NCBI RefSeq assembly: GCF_965251085.1
Contig: NZ_OZ252594.1
Span: 1,545,859-1,609,858, forward strand
Direction of reading: 5' to 3'
Source: Methyloprofundus sp.
Lineage (GTDB): Bacteria; Pseudomonadota; Gammaproteobacteria; Methylococcales; Methylomonadaceae
DNA length: 64,000 nt
Below are positions 62,340-64,000 of the stretch, in pieces. Within the stretch, counting starts at the first letter, position 1, and every line of letters starts with the position of its first letter. A program made the translations under genes and the position numbers. The notes under the pieces were generated by a model. The model had not been told where the DNA came from and made no database searches. It was given only the letters and a program-made list of their open reading frames with translations.

Positions 62340-62418
62340 GTAGAATTATCTATATTTTAATTATCCTAGAAAATCAGTTGAGCGCGAATTTATAATGCAA
62401 GATATTGAATTAATTAAA

Positions 62419-62463
62419 TATCCACGTTCTAAGAACGTGGTTTTATGGCACCCTAGAAGGGTG
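62419..62463. repeat. Two short hairpins resembling IS200/IS605-type ends
   Basis: ccacgttctaagaacgtgg and caccctagaagggtg. Confidence 0.35.
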
Positions 62464-62706
62464 TTTTTAGCATCGTTGGTGTTCAAAAAATCGGGTGGAG
62501 TGAATAGCTTCAGTGCGGAAAAATCTAAGGCTTTTGTAACTACTCAGCGTATCTGAGTAGTTACAAATTATTATAGAAAGGAATAGAGGGAATTATTAAG
62601 TACTGAAAAAACGGGATACATTATTTGTACAAAAAAATCAGATGTTATTATTAGTGGTTAAAATTTTAGTTTTTATGTCCTAAAGAGTGTCGTCACATTA
62701 ACATTA

Positions 62707-63162
62707 TTATTTTAACAAATCTTTTATTAAAATAACTTCCATATCATCAGTTGAGCGAATACCTTTATCATTGGTAATAAAAAACTGACAACCGGATTTT
62801 ATGGCTGTTGCATAATGTAGAGCATCTGCAAACTTCATTTTATATTTGGCACGAATTTGAGAAGATAGATCAAATGTATCTGCATTATGTGATGCTATTG
62901 AAAGAAAATTATCTGCAAAAAAGAATGCTTTAAAAGTAGATATGAGTGAAAGGTTATTGAGCTGATAAGGTTTAACAAGAGCTTCTGCAACGGTTAAGTC
63001 ACCGGTAAAAGCAAAAAATTTTCCTTGTTCAACGGCTTCTAAAATGTCGGCAGAAATAGGAAAAAATTCTGTATTTTGATCAAGAAAGTAGATAAACAAG
63101 TTTGTATCAATATACACAGATTGCCCTGCAATTTTATCAATGTGTTGCTTTATTTTTCCCAT
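62707..63162 (-). CDS. PIN-domain (VapC-like) toxin
   Basis: YIDTNLFIY, AEALV, DALHYATA and FITNDK motifs. Confidence 0.88.
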   Translation of the reverse strand: MGKIKQHIDKIAGQSVYIDTNLFIYFLDQNTEFFPISADILEAVEQGKFFAFTGDLTVAEALVKPYQLNNLSLISTFKAFFFADNFLSIASHNADTFDLSSQIRAKYKMKFADALHYATAIKSGCQFFITNDKGIRSTDDMEVILIKDLLK

Positions 63163-63419
63163 GACTCTCTTTCATTAGTAATAAAATGATCAATATCTTC
63201 AGCTGTTTTCCCCCACATTCCTTTTGCTATACCAGCATAAGAAAGAATAGATTTTTTATTTTCTAAGCGTTTAACTGGCGTTAAGGTTACGATTCCATTA
63301 ATAAGATTAACATTCACTTTATCTTCAGTGTGTATTTTCCAGGCATGTAAGATTTCAGAGGGTATTGTAATTTGTCCTTTGGGGCGAATTTTTACCATAG
63401 GCATATGAGTTGTCTCCAT
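63150..63419 (-). CDS. AbrB/MazE-type antitoxin
   Basis: KGQITIP motif; overlaps the PIN gene start. Confidence 0.85.
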   Translation of the reverse strand: METTHMPMVKIRPKGQITIPSEILHAWKIHTEDKVNVNLINGIVTLTPVKRLENKKSILSYAGIAKGMWGKTAEDIDHFITNERESWEK

Positions 63420-63420
63420 A

Positions 63421-63455
63421 AGTAGGAAGTAAGAAAAATAAAACTATTTCCTACT
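63421..63455. promoter_or_regulatory. Inverted repeat upstream of the TA operon (possible autoregulatory operator)
   Basis: agtaggaa...ttcctact. Confidence 0.45.
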
Positions 63456-63489
63456 AAGTATATTATTTTTTACTAATAAGTCAAAAATA

Positions 63490-63622
63490 ATGAAAGAAAA
63501 ATCCCAAAATTTGGGAATAAATAATATTTATTCTACTGAAAAATTAGAACTTTTTAGAAAACTGGAAGATGATGTTGAAAATGGAATTTATACTCCTATT
63601 TCAAAAGAAAGGTTAGATGAAC
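63490..63622 (+). pseudogene. Small ORF truncated by IS66
   Basis: MKEKSQNLGINNIYSTEKLELFRKLEDDVENGIYTPISKERLDE runs into the IS66 terminus. Confidence 0.45.
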
Positions 63623-64000
63623 GTAAGCGCTCAACGAAGCACGTACTTGCCCTATTCAGGCGTATCTGATTTTTTAATATTCCAGGGCAACAAAGCCTCC
63701 ACTTTATCAACCGTATCAGCATAAGGTAAAGCAGTGAGAACCTGCTTAAGATATGCATAAGGCTCCAGCCCATTTGCTTTAGCTGTTTCTATCAGGCTGT
63801 AATGTATTGCACTGGCACGAGCACCCGCAGGGGTATCAGAAAATAACCAGGCTTTGCGCCCTATCACAAACGGGCGAATCGCATTTTCTGCCAGGATGTT
63901 GCTAATATTGAGTTCACCATGGGTGCAATACACATTGAGTTTTTCCCACTGGTTACTCAGGTAAGTCATTGCCTTTCCTGTCAGGCTATCTTTAGGTACT
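63623..64000 (-). mobile_element. IS66 right end with tnpC C-terminus (runs off window)
   Basis: gtaagcgctcaa terminus at 63623; SNILAENAIRPFVIGRKAWLF, YSLIETAKANG and LLPWN motifs. Confidence 0.88.

Noticed and set aside
52115-63650. The two IS66 termini as ends of one composite element
   Set aside because: Both read gtaagcg on the + strand, so they are not inverted relative to each other; they belong to separate copies

Overview
About 40% GC gammaproteobacterial chromosome segment. An FhcA-like remnant and the overall gene set suggest a methylotroph or methanotroph such as a Methylococcales member, but this is inference because no pmo or mxa gene is in the window. Housekeeping blocks (nadK, uppP, smr, surE-pcm, greB, queD-perM-mazG-ppnP-slyX, sucAB-lpd, 5-oxoprolinase) alternate with accessory modules: a decayed CusCBA efflux operon; a TetR-DUF4242-methanethiol oxidase (mtoX)-SCO/MauG cluster; a thioredoxin-membrane protein with AMP-phosphorylase-like and PRPP-synthase-like genes; and a ~12 kb zinc-limitation island. 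The island carries zur, a TonB-dependent receptor, two paralogous secreted His-motif proteins, COG0523 GTPases, hisI, a MerC-like gene and several gene fossils, and is bracketed by ~0.5 kb direct repeats of the oxoprolinase 3' end. Mobile DNA is dense: four near-identical IS1380 copies with 5-bp TSDs, one IS630, one unclassified 2.47 kb IS, IS66 and Tn3 remnants, about 10 modular MITEs and several GTAG-type REP doublets. Many pseudogenes point to ongoing genome erosion. The strongest leads are the putative protein-based Zn-capture system, the repeat-flanked island, an E3 (Lpd) lacking one redox cysteine, the TetR operator pair upstream of mtoX, and the modular MITE families. No rRNA, tRNA or CRISPR array was seen.
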